From the NCBI GenBank assembly GCA_032718475.1, contig JAUCBJ010008709.1, positions 1 to 64,000 of the forward strand: DNA of 64,000 nucleotides, in the 5' to 3' direction. The position numbers and the translations under genes are program-made. Below are positions 1 to 13,426 of this stretch, piece after piece (within the stretch, counting starts at the first letter, position 1; the number at the start of each line of letters is the position of its first letter). The notes under the pieces were generated by a model. That model did not search any database. It was not told where the DNA came from and was given only the letters and a program-made list of their open reading frames with translations. Source of the stretch: Nemertoderma westbladi. Lineage: Eukaryota > Animalia > Xenacoelomorpha.

Positions 1-270
1 GTAGCGCGGCACGAGGCTCAGTTATCAGATACAGATGAAAATTGAGCAATTCTATCACAAAATCGGTATTTTATTAAGAAATTTAACCAAACCGCCCATA
101 AGAAAAAATAAAGAAGATAGGAAAGTTACCCCCCTTCAGCCACCCTCTTATTCTGCAACACACCAACCCAAAGGCGCACAGAGGATTGATGAAAGGCAGA
201 GGTATTAACAGGAAATTTTGAATTTTAGGCATAGAGGCGACCCAATTTGTAAGAAATATTAAAACTTACC

Positions 271-900
271 CGATCCACGAAGCTAAGGAAAATCAACTAC
301 TTTCGCTAAGAAAGATTTTCCTTAGCTGAGATGGTCTATTCATAGTGGGCTATTTTACTTGTGTGAGGCAGATTTGGTTTTTTTTGATAGGTGAAAAAAC
401 TAGCCTTTAAAAGTACCCTGAAATTTTGCATGTATATACTACTCGTCGAGGCGCATCTTTTGGGCTGGGTCTCATATCCAGGAAAAATCTGGTTTCCATG
501 GCAACGGACTTAGAAAAAAGTCTATGTATCCCTATATGTATCTATGTACCCCTACCCCCACAATATGACTTATTCTGCATCCGAATTACATTGTTCTATT
601 TTTCAGTTTCCATGACAACCACTGCAAACAGATGCAATTTGATAGAAAATCGGTAATCTGGACATAAACTACAATATTTTCTGAAACTCAGTATATGTGT
701 TATCTGAACCACAATCTGTACTGAATTTTTTTTCAAAGGTTAAAGCAACAGTTCCAGAGAACTCTGGTTTCCATGGGAATAGAAGTTAATTATTGACAAT
801 TGCTACTAAGCGAGGCTAAGCAACGAACCAAAGTGTGGCCGTTTGTTTAATTTTCCTTAGCTTCGTGGTTGCATTTCCTTTAGGAAATGCCTTTCTCGTA
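271..900 (+). mobile_element. Non-autonomous Helentron-associated (HINE/DINE-1-like) element, copy 1, about 190 bp shorter internally than copy 2
   Basis: 19-bp subterminal inverted repeats CCACGAAGCTAAGGAAAAT (275-293) and ATTTTCCTTAGCTTCGTGG (850-868); partial inverted copy next to the 5' repeat; 3' hairpin GCATTTCCT-TT-AGGAAATGC (871-890); near-identical second copy at 1230-2052. Confidence 0.65.
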
Positions 901-1008
901 GTATAGTATTGATACTGAAATATTAATTTATCACGTCAACACGTCAACGAAATCATTTAGCTAATTATTCTATTAAGAATCATGATTAAAATACTCAGCC
1001 AATCATTT

Positions 1009-1112
1009 TGCGAGATAAATAATAAGCAAGCTGGCTTATTAGTCTGGAACCTTACACAAGTGCGAGATAAATAATAAGCAAGCTGGCTTATTAGTCTGGA
1101 ACCTTAGACAAG
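1009..1112. repeat. 52-bp tandem duplication (2 copies)
   Basis: TGCGAGATAAATAATAAGCAAGCTGGCTTATTAGTCTGGAACCTTA(C/G)ACAAG repeated head-to-tail. Confidence 0.9.
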
Positions 1113-1229
1113 TGCCTATGCCCTATAGATGTGGGGCGAGCCACGAAAGTAAGCGAGCTTAGCATACAAGTACCACTACCTTAATCGGTGTGTCTGTTGA
1201 TCAGTTGTTCTGTTGTGTTCAATTTTAAA

Positions 1230-2052
1230 CGATCCACGAAGCTAAGGAAAATCAACTACTTTCGCTAAGAAAGATTTTCCTTAGCTGAGATGGTCTATTC
1301 ATAGTGGGCTATTTTACTTGTGTGAGGCAGATTTGGGGTTTTTTGATAGGCGAAAAAACTAGCCTTTAAAAGTACCCTGAAATTTTGCATGTATATACTA
1401 CTCGACGAGGCGCATCTTTTGGGCCGGGTCTCATATCCAGGAAAAATCTGGTTTCCATGGCAACGGACTTCAAAAAAAGTCTATGTATTTCAAGTCAATA
1501 TTTATAACTCTATTTGTAGGAAAACTATAATAGATATAAACTTGGGGTTTCGCAACACAACTATAAGGTCCATAGCAGATCCGATTGAGGCTAAATAGAA
1601 AATCCAGTTACCTTGGCAACCGGGATAAACAGATGTTAAAATTTATAAAATGTTAATTTGAAGCACAAGTTAATAGTACTGTAATATGACTTGGGACCAA
1701 CCCCTACCCCCACTGTATGACTTATTCTGCAGCCGAATTACATTGTTCTATTTTTCAGTTTCCATGACAACCACTGCAAACAGATGCATTTTGATAGAAA
1801 ATCGGTAATTTGGAAATAAACTACAATATTTTCTGAAACTCAGTATATGTGTTATCTGAACCACAATCTGTACTGAATTTTTTTTCAAAGGTTAAAGCAA
1901 CAGTTCCAGAGAACTCTAGTTTCCATGGGAATAGAAGTTAATTATTTACAATTGCTACTAAACGAAGCTAAGCAACGAACCAAAGTGTGGCCGTTTGTTT
2001 AATTTTCCTTAGCTTCGTGGTTGCATTTCCTTTAGGAAATGCCTTTCTCGTA
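1230..2052 (+). mobile_element. Non-autonomous Helentron-associated (HINE/DINE-1-like) element, copy 2
   Basis: Same subterminal inverted repeats and 3' hairpin as 271-900; no coding capacity. Confidence 0.65.
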
Positions 2053-2056
2053 ATAC

Positions 2057-4228
2057 TGTAACTTAGCCAAATCTCGATAAAATGTATCCAAACTTGGCAC
2101 ACATGTAGTCTGGCACAAGTTTAGAAATTTTCCAAGTTGAATTTGTGTGTGGCCTTCGAGAAGGTAAGATAATTTCAGTTAATTAATTAAATTAAAATTA
2201 ATTAATTTGATTAGGGTGAAAACAGCATTTTCAACATGACTTTATTGGAAATTAATTATTTTATAGTATAAGATATAAATTATTCTTAAAAATTATACAT
2301 CTGTAATCCCCATACCCCATTCCATTATAGTTTTTAATTAGGGGGAAGGCCGGTCAACGATTCAAGCGATACGGAAATTGCTCGAAGCCATATCCACAGT
2401 ACTAAGTCCAGATAGAGGACCCGATGATCAGCGATGCCTTTACGCTTTGTTTATCGACTTCAGGTTCCAGGTTGGTCTAATGGTTGCGTGGGTTGCTGGA
2501 CCAATGAGACGATTATTGCGTCATCCCTATTTCATCATCTATAAATTGGCTGTGCTTCCGGTATCTGTTATTCCTGTCCTGTCCTGCATATTCTGTTACT
2601 GTTATCTTTATATTTTTCTTGTTATTTTGTAATTATTCTGTAATGCAGTTATTCTGCTTCTGTGATTTGAATTCTTGCCTTTCTTTCTGTAATTAATCTT
2701 ATTTGATAATGATTGCTGCTAATTACAATCTCGAACTATGATTTTTACATCTAATTACTGATTTCTATGTGATTGAGATGCGATAATCCTACGGGATTTC
2801 TTTAGACTGTCAGACTGTTTTGCGAATGCATGCGCCGATATGGTAGCTATTTGTTCTAATGGAGGGCTAAGGTGCCGGTAGGCGCGGCGGGCGCACCGGG
2901 GGGAAGCGACGGAAGGGAGTGCAGAGGATCCAAAGCGGGGCGACGCAGGCGGGGGGCCACCGTTGCGGTCGGGGCTAGTCAGTTGAGGACCGGGGACCAG
3001 CCGCTGTTACAGTATTAGGTGACTGACGATCCAGATTTTTCGTCTCTACTTTGTAGTATTAGGGGGCAGAATTTGGGTTTAGTTAGGAGTCCTAGGTGTG
3101 GCTTTGGGTGGCCTGTGGTTCTTACACTGACTGACTGACTGATTGATTGTCTGAATGACTAATACTGGTATGCTGATATACTAAATGTGTGGGTTTTAGT
3201 GCACTAGCTGACTGGTAGTTAGCGCAGTACCGTACTACTAGCTTATTGCTACGCTATTTGTGTTGTGTTGCTAAAGAGTGCCTGATTCTTAGTGTGAATG
3301 CTTAGATAGGCGCTGTTTCCCTTGATTGATTTCCATTTCTTAGTTTATGCTTATTAATTGCTAATTAGGTCAAAATAATACAGTATTTAGGCTGTTGCTA
3401 GTATAAGCCCCAGTACGTAATAAATTAGAAGTACGTATTCTGGAATATCTAGTAATTAGTACGCAAATTCGTATTTATGACTGTAATTAATTTAGATTAA
3501 TTTAATATAGAAAATAATAGTGAAACATTTTAAGAACTTTTTGTAAGAACTATCTCCAGATCGGGCTTTGTTAACAAGGGTCGTAGTGTAAATGCATTAC
3601 AGTCTTGTATAGAGCTCCTGTATTTCCTACGAAACAGAATATGGTCTATTTGGGACTTGTGACCACTGGGTCCACTATGAGTCAATAGCTTTCCAGTTCG
3701 CTTCTTGAACTGGGTTCCAGCCGAAAACAATCCATTTCCAGAGATAAAATCCTGAAGATGGACGGAATTTCGGTTAACACTATTGCTATAGACCCAGGGC
3801 GATGTAGGTGATTGATGCAGACTTGCATTAAAGTCTCCCAGGAATGATTGATTAATAAACCGCCGATGGAATCCGTACTGAAATTAAAATCTTGTATCTG
3901 TGCACTAATATTGTCTTGTAAGGGAAGAGGCCAGATTGTGGCTTTCATAGTTTCAGAGTTTATAATTAAAAGTCTTGTGAGAAGATATGGAATTAATTTG
4001 TACGACCTACTGAGATGTCATAGGCATTGAGTATAGGAAGTGTGTGATTACTCATCAGCATGAGCACGACATTTAGTAATTAATTTCTTCAAATTTACTA
4101 ATCTTTATCTGACAGAATTGGAATATAACTCTATATAGTTATTGAAAAATGTAGATTCTAGTCGGGTACTTCTCTTTAGGCGCTTTTAATTAAATAAACT
4201 GCATGCGGGCTGATAAGGTTTTTTAACA
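2057..4228 (+). repeat. Diverged LTR (solo or remnant) related to the BEL-1 LTR; boundaries approximate
   Basis: Collinear blocks shared with 10226-12296 (TTCCAGGTTGGTCTAATG; CTATAAATTGGC; GACTGTCAGACT; ATGGAGGGCTAAGG; CACCGTTGCGGTCGGG; GAATGCTTAGATAGGCGCT); TG...TTAACA ends; no TSD found. Confidence 0.55.
3576..3843 (-). mobile_element. LINE fragment (APE endonuclease C-terminal part), same family as 60661-62123
   Basis: Reverse complement nearly identical to about 60658-60925; encodes LGDFNA...SQIDHILF. Confidence 0.85.
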
Positions 4229-4237
4229 TGGGGTGTT

Positions 4238-7200
4238 AAGATATTATTGTACAACATATAGATATGCAGCTTGTAATATAACAAAGATATTATTGTACAA
4301 CATATAGATATGCAGCTTGTAATATATCAAAGATATTATTGTACAACATATAGATATGCAGCTTGTAATATAACAAAGATATTATTGTACAACATATAGA
4401 TATGCAGCTTGTAATATAACAAAGATATTATTGTACAACATATAGATATGCAGCTTGTAATATATCAAAGATATTATTGTACAACATATAGATATGCAGC
4501 TTGTAATATAACAAAGATATTATTGTACAACATATAGATATGCAGCTTGTAATATAACAAAGATATTATTGTACAACATATAGATATGCAGCTTGTAATA
4601 TATCAAAGATATTATTGTACAACATATAGATATGCAGCTTGTAATATAACAAAGATATTATTGTACAACATATAGATATGCAGCTTGTAATATAACAAAG
4701 ATATTATTGTACAACATATAGATATGCAGCTTGTAATATATCAAAGATATTATTGTACAACATATAGATATGCAGCTTGTAATATAACAAAGATATTATT
4801 GTACAACATATAGATATGCAGCTTGTAATATATCAAAGATATTATTGTACAACATATAGATATGCAGCTTGTAATATAACAAAGATATTATAGTACAACA
4901 TATAGATATGCAGCTTGTAATATAACAAAGATATTATTGTACAACATATAGATATGCAGCTTGTAATATAACAAAGATATTATTGTACAACATATAGATA
5001 TGCAGCTTGTAATATAACAAATATATTATTGTACAACATATAGATATGCAGCTTGTAATATATCAAAGATATTATTGTACAACATATAGATATGCAGCTT
5101 GTAATATAACAAAGATATTATTGTACAACATATAGATATGCAGCTTGTAATATAACAAAGATATTATTGTACAACATATAGATATGCAGCTTGTAATATA
5201 ACAAAGATATTATTGTACAACATAGATATGCAGCTTGTAATATAACAAAGATAATATTGTACAACATATAGATATGCAGCTTGTAATATAACAAAGATAT
5301 TATTGTACAACATATAGATATGCAGCTTGTAATATAACAAATATATTATTGTACAACATATAGATATGCAGCTTGTAATATAACAAAGATATTATTGTAC
5401 AACATAGATATGCAGCTTGTAATATAACAAAGATATTATTGTACAACATATAGATATGCAGCTTGCAATATAACAAAGATATTGTTGTACAACATATAGA
5501 TATGCAGCTTGTAATATAACAAAGATATTATTGTACAACATATAGATATGCAGCCTGTAATATATCAAAGATATTATTGTTCAACATATAGATATGCAGC
5601 TTGTAATATAACAAAGATATTATTGTACAACATATAGATATGCAGCCTGTAATATATCAAAGATATTATTGTACAACATATAGATATGCAGCTTGTAATA
5701 TAACAAAGATATTATTGTACAACATATAGATATGCAGCTTGTAATATAACAAAGATATTATTGTACAACATATAGATATGCAGCTTGTAATATAACAAAG
5801 ATATTATTGTACAACATATAGATATGCAGCTTGTAATATATCAAAGATAGTATTGTACAACATATAGATATGCAGCTTGTAATATAACAAAGATATTATT
5901 GTACAACATATAGATATGCAGCTTGTAATATAACAAAGATATTATTGTACAACATAGATATGCAGCTTGTAATATAACAAAGATATTATTGTACAACATA
6001 TAGTATGCAGCTTGTAATATAACAAAGATATTATTGTACAACATATAGATATGCAGCTTGTAATATAACAAATATATTATTGTACAACATATAGATATGC
6101 AGCTTGTAATATAACAAAGATATTATTGTACAACATATAGATATGCAGCCTGTAATATATCAAAGATATTATTGTACAACATATAGATATGCAGCTTGTA
6201 ATATAACAAAGATATTATTGTACAACATATAGATATGCAGCTTGTAATATAACAAAGATATTATTGTACAACATATAGATATGCAGCCTGTAATATATCA
6301 AATATATTATTGTACAACATATAGATATGCAGCTTGTAATATAACAAAGATATTATTGTACAACATATAGATATGCAGCTTGTAATATAACAAAGATATT
6401 ATTGTACAACATATAGATATGCAGCTTGTTATATAACAAAGATATTATTGTACAACATATAGATATGCAGCCTGTAATATATCAAAGATATTATTGTACA
6501 ACATATAGATATGCAGCTTGTAATATAACAAAGATATTATTGTACAACATATAGATATGCAGCCTGTAATATATCAAAGATATTATTGTACAACATATAG
6601 ATATGCAGCTTGTAATATAACAAAGATATTATTGTATAACATATAGATATGCAGCTTGTAATATATCAAAGATATTATTGTACAACATATAGATATGCAG
6701 CTTGTAATATAACAAAGATATTATTGTACAACATATAGATATGCAGCCTGTAATATATCAAAGATATTATTGTACAACATATAATAGATATGCAGCTTGT
6801 AATATAACAAAGATATTATTGTACAACATATAGATATGTAGCTTGTAATATAACAAAGATATTATTGTACAACATATAGATATGCAGCCTGTAATATATC
6901 AAAGATATTATTGTACAACATATAGATATGCAGCTTGTAATATAACAAAGATATTATTGTACAACATAACAAAGATATTATTGTACAACATAGATATGCA
7001 GCTTGTATTATAACAAAGATATTATTGTACAACATATAGATATGCAGCTTGTAATATATCAACGATATTATTGTACAACATATAGATATGCAGCTTGTAA
7101 TATAACAAAGATATTATTGTACAACATATAGATATGCAGCCTGTAATATAACAAAGATATTATTGTACAACATATAGATATGCAGCTTGTAATATAACAA

Positions 7201-10200
7201 AGATATTATTGTACAACATATAGATATGCAGCTTGTAATATAACAAAGATATTATTGTACAACATATAGATATGCAGCTTGTAATATAACAAAGATATTA
7301 TTGTACAACGTACAACATATAGATATGCAGCTTGTAATATAACAAAGATATTATTGTATAACATAGATATGCAGCTTGTAATATAACAAATATATTATTG
7401 TACAACATATAGATATGCAGCTTGTAATATAACAAAGATATTATTGTACAACATATAGATATGCAGCTTGTAATATAACAAAGATATTATTGTACAACAT
7501 ATAGATATGCAGCTTGTAATATATCAAAGATATTATTGTACAACATATAGATATGCAGCCTGTAATATATCAAAGATATTATTGTACAACATATAGATAT
7601 GCAGCTTGTAATATAACAAAGATATTATTGTACAACATATAGATATGCAGCTTGTAATATAACAAAGATATTATTGTACAACATATATATGCAGCTTGTA
7701 ATATAACAAAGATATTATTGTACAACATATAGATATGCAGCTTGTAATATAACAAAGATATTATTGTACAACATATAGATATGCAGCTTGTAATATATCA
7801 AAGATATTATTGTACAACATATAGATATGCAGCTTGTAATATAACAAAGATATTATTGTACAACATATAGATATGCAGCCTGTAATATAACAAAGATATT
7901 ATTGTACAACATATAGATATGCAGCTTGTAATATAACAAAGATATTATTGTACAACATATAGATATGCAGCTTGTAATATAACAAAGATATTATTGTACA
8001 ACATATAGATATGCAGCTTGTAATATAACAAAGATATTATTGTACAACATATAGATATGCAGCTTGTAATATAACAAAGATATTATTGTACAACATATAG
8101 ATATGCAGCCTGTAATATATCAAAGATATTATTGTACAACATATAGATATGCAGCTTATAATATAACAAAGATATTATTGTATAACATATAGATATGCAG
8201 CTTGTAATATAACAAAGATATTATTGTACAACATATAGATATGCAGCTTGTAATATAACAAAGATATTATTGTATAACATATAGATATGCAGCTTGTAAT
8301 ATATCAAAGATATTATTGTACAACATATAGATATGCAGCTTGTAATATAACAAAGATATTATTGTACAACATATAGATATGCAGCCTGTAATATATCAAA
8401 GATATTATTGTACAACATATAATAGATATGCAGCTTGTAATATAACAAAGATATTATTGTACAACATATAGATATGTAGCTTGTAATATAACAAAGATAT
8501 TATTGTACAACATATAGATATGCAGCCTGTAATATATCAAAGATATTATTGTACAACATATAGATATGCAGCTTGTAATATAACAAAGATATTATTGTAC
8601 AACATAACAAAGATATTATTGTACAACATAGATATGCAGCTTGTATTATAACAAAGATATTATTGTACAACATATAGATATGCAGCTTGTAATATATCAA
8701 CGATATTATTGTACAACATATAGATATGCAGCTTGTAATATAACAAAGATATTATTGTACAACATATAGATATGCAGCCTGTAATATAACAAAGATATTA
8801 TTGTACAACATATAGATATGCAGCTTGTAATATAACAAAGATATTATTGTACAACATATAGATATGCAGCTTGTAATATAACAAAGATATTATTGTACAA
8901 CATATAGATATGCAGCTTGTAATATAACAAAGATATTATTGTACAACGTACAACATATAGATATGCAGCTTGTAATATAACAAAGATATTATTGTATAAC
9001 ATAGATATGCAGCTTGTAATATAACAAATATATTATTGTACAACATATAGATATGCAGCTTGTAATATAACAAAGATATTATTGTACAACATATAGATAT
9101 GCAGCTTGTAATATAACAAAGATATTATTGTACAACATATAGATATGCAGCTTGTAATATATCAAAGATATTATTGTACAACATATAGATATGCAGCCTG
9201 TAATATATCAAAGATATTATTGTACAACATATAGATATGCAGCTTGTAATATAACAAAGATATTATTGTACAACATATAGATATGCAGCTTGTAATATAA
9301 CAAAGATATTATTGTACAACATATATATGCAGCTTGTAATATAACAAAGATATTATTGTACAACATATAGATATGCAGCTTGTAATATAACAAAGATATT
9401 ATTGTACAACATATAGATATGCAGCTTGTAATATATCAAAGATATTATTGTACAACATATAGATATGCAGCTTGTAATATAACAAAGATATTATTGTACA
9501 ACATATAGATATGCAGCCTGTAATATAACAAAGATATTATTGTACAACATATAGATATGCAGCTTGTAATATAACAAAGATATTATTGTACAACATATAG
9601 ATATGCAGCTTGTAATATAACAAAGATATTATTGTACAACATATAGATATGCAGCTTGTAATATAACAAAGATATTATTGTACAACATATAGATATGCAG
9701 CTTGTAATATAACAAAGATATTATTGTACAACATATAGATATGCAGCCTGTAATATATCAAAGATATTATTGTACAACATATAGATATGCAGCTTATAAT
9801 ATAACAAAGATATTATTGTATAACATATAGATATGCAGCTTGTAATATAACAAAGATATTATTGTACAACAAAGATATGCAGCTTGTAATATAACAAATA
9901 TATTATTGTACAACATATAAATATGCAGCTTGTAATATAACAAAGATATTATTGTACAACATATAGATATGCAGCCTGTAATATAACAAAGATATTATTG
10001 TACAACATATAGATATGCAGCTTGTAATATAACAAAGATATTATTGTACAACATATAGATATGCAGCTTGTAATATAACAAAGATATTATTGTACAACAT
10101 ATAGATATGCAGCCTGTAATATATCAAAGATATTATTGTACAACATATAGATATGCAGCTTGTAATATAACAAAGATATTATTGTACAACATATAGATAT

Positions 10201-10225
10201 GCAGCTTGTAATATAACAAAGATAT
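4238..10225. repeat. 46-bp satellite array, block 1 (about 130 monomers)
   Basis: Tandem GATATTATTGTACAACATATAGATATGCAGCTTGTAATATAACAAA. Confidence 0.98.
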
Positions 10226-12296
10226 TGTTACGGTATATGGCGCTGTATCCACATATATTAGTCCGTTATACTGTACACAATATTAGTCCGTTATACTGTA
10301 CGTAATATTAGTCCGTTGTGCAGCATAATATTTTAGATAAGGCATAATAACGCAGTAGTATTTAGATAGGGAAATCGAAACACCCATATATTTGAATCCA
10401 TCCATTTTGTATAGTATGTAGCCCTACCTACGTAATTTTGTATTAGGATATATGTAGATAGTTCCAGGGTAGCAAGTTTAGTCGGACCCTGGATTTTGTG
10501 CTTGCTGATATTAGTTTGATAGGGCTAGCATATAGGGGCGCTGTCCTGGCCATTCAGCAGCCAGGGACGTGAACCATTACCATATATGGTAATAATTCGA
10601 GGTTTGGGCAGGCAATAGGGCTACAATCCGGCCTCCTTATTGGACTAACTGCTTCCAGGTTGGTCTAATGCTAGCACGGACTGGAGAGCCAATAGGAGAG
10701 CGATTGAGTCACCCTATTGCATCACCCCATCCGGATCACCTATAAATTGGCGGTGTGCCGGTAGAGCCTTACAATCTGTCCCTGACACCTCACATGATCT
10801 GCTATCACCTTGTACTTGCTGAGCTGTCTCTATTCAATTTTGACGGATATTTTAGCGTATTTTCTGCAATTTGCTTTTTCGATTAATCTCAAAATGATTT
10901 GCTAGTGCGATTACTCTTGATTGTGTTTCTCAATTAATTCCTTCGATTACTGCAAATTACAACTGGAACTATGATTTCTACCTTTTGATTAATGGTTCTA
11001 TGTGATTCCTTTCTGCGCAATAATCCTAAGGGATTTCTGAGACTGTCAGACTTTGTGATTTGCATGCGCCGCTACGGTAGCTATTAGCATAATGGAGGGC
11101 TAAGGCGCCAGTGGGCGGTGGGCACATCGGGGGGTTAGCGACGAAGGGAGCGGAGGATTCAAAGGCGAGCAACGCTGGCGGGGGGTCACCGTTGCGGTCG
11201 GGCAATTTGCATTGTAGCGTGGGGGCAGCTCGCTGGTACAGTAATTAGGGGGCTGATGATCCAGGTTTTGTCTCTATTTAGTATTAGGGGGGCAGGAATT
11301 GGGTTAGTTAGGAAGCCTAGATGTACCCGGGAGAGGTCTGCGTGCTTTACAATTGCGAATTGCATGTATTGCGAATTATTATATTGTGCTGTGTAATTGC
11401 TAATTGCGTGCATTGCGGATTGTACAATTGTGAATCGCGCATTGCGAGCTGTGATTGCTGACGCTGATTGGTGTGTTACTAAAGTGTGCCTAAGATTACG
11501 AATGCTTAGATAGGCGCTCTTTTCCCTTTGATTGATTTCTATCTCTTAGTTTACTGTAAATAATTACTGATTAGGTCAAAGTAATACAGTATTTTAGGCT
11601 GTTACATATTTGTGACTGTAATTAATTAGTAAAATTAAGAATTAGTACGCAGCATAGCGGAGAGTAGCTAAGGTAATAATTAGAGTACCGTAAACTATTC
11701 ACGCTGAGCGGTTATTTGAATTAGCGGGCAATAAGCTAGATAGCAGTATTCAGTACGCAAAACGCATTAGTAATTTGCTGGCCTAAAGCCAGCCGCAGAC
11801 AAGTTTAGTCCCACTATAGGTATTAGCCCTAATAAACACTGTACCACTTTGATTATTTTAAATATTCTCGCATTCACACATTCCGTTAGGGAACCCCCAG
11901 TATTCGCGATTATAAAAGACGTAGGCATTGGCGTACTTTAACAGTAAGATTAGGCGTAAGAATATACTCTGAGTGTAAAACCTCTCACACTCGTTTTAAG
12001 TCAGCTTAGGGAGCCGATTCGGGTTTGTTGTTTTGGTTATTCCCGCGTGGCTCATATATTCGAACAGTTAGCTCTCTATCGAGTAATTGGTAGAGAAAGG
12101 AACAAGAAATTAGCAGGAGCCGTAGAAAATTAGTAAAACATATTAGCGGACGGCAGGTTAGCGCCATCTAACGGTAAGTAGCGGTTTTGTATTTAGCAGC
12201 CCCTCACATTAGCAATAATACGCTCCTGATTGCCCTGTCTAATAAATAGAGCAGTTTTGTGTCTTTATTGGTTAGGCCGGGGTAGTTTGTTTAACA
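10226..12296 (+). repeat. BEL-1 5' LTR (2071 bp)
   Basis: Direct repeat of 24630-26700 with about 4 substitutions seen by eye; TATA-like CTATAAA near 10740; AATAAA at 11831 and 12241. Confidence 0.97.
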
Positions 12297-13426
12297 GTAA
12301 AGCACGTGATTTGCTTGCTGTACTGCGTACAGTAAATACAAATTAGATTACTGTATTAGGCACTGTACTGCGTATAGTAGGACAGAGAGTGTATTTTTAG
12401 GCTAGTTTAGATTACTGTATTCACTGGTTGCGTACGATAGTACAGTAGTATATTAGGCTGATTGCTGTTACTGCGTACGGTAGAAGGACATTTGTTTGCC
12501 GTACCACACACACAGTATCAATTAGGCTGTTAGGTTGGTGTACTGTTTTACTTACTGTACTGCATACAGTGGATGTACGGTAGTGCGTTTTTACTAATTG
12601 CGAATACAGCAGTTCCTTAGGCCTTAGGGCAAATTGTAATTAGTAAGTTTTTTGAAATTTTAGCTAGGTTTGCGAGAATTCAGTTTCGGTCAAAATTATT
12701 TTGTAAAATTCTAGAGTTTTGTACCGGTATGTTAGGTAACCGCTTAGTTATTTTATACCATCTGGAGATACATGGCAAGACGGAACTTCTGAGTTTGGGG
12801 TTCATGTGGGTCTGCGGGTTCGGTTTGCAATCAGCGAAGGGCCTGAATCTTTGGACGCGGACGTGGAATCTCACAGCAAACAAGGTTAGTTGTTCTGTTG
12901 GCACCATTGTGTTTGTGGAAGCAGTAAAAAATTATCGGTTGTTTAACTGCGAAGCTGAACTCAATTTATTAGTTAGGATATTTAGGTTTAGCCGGCCATG
13001 GTTTTTTGAATCGCTCAAGTTAGAGAGAGAGTTAGAGAGAGTCGCAACCCGAAGATGTAGCCACGCGCTAGTGGATACATATAATATTTGAAATTAAAAT
13101 TACGTTGATTAGAGCTATATAAAATTATAAATATTCGGGTGGCAAGTTTATTTTGAATATTTTGTATTAGATTCAAAGTTATTTGTGCTATACCGGTATT
13201 TAATGCTATATAGTAGCTATATAATAATATTTTTGTTTAAATATTGTGCTAGTATTTGCTATAACTATATACCCCATTAAATTCACAATATTGCATTGCG
13301 AATTTATTTTGACATTTTGGACCAACTGATTATTTGACAAATAATTTGACCGTATTTCGGTTAAATTATAATTATATCTCGAACTTTTGCGAGATATTTT
13401 GCCGGAAGGCAAACATTATTTAGACT

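Noticed and set aside
3543-3553. GTAAGAACTAT as PBS of the diverged LTR (pairs with GTGGTTCTTAC near 3115-3125)
   Set aside because: Not preceded by a CA LTR end and appears to lie within the LTR; may be chance
5841-8700. Short minus-strand ORFs (MLYYKLHIYM...) here and at 28683, 48314 and 53104
   Set aside because: Translations of the satellite with no coding signal
11186-11413. 75-aa ORF duplicated at 25590-25817
   Set aside because: Duplicated only because it lies in the LTR; no equivalent ORF in the diverged LTR
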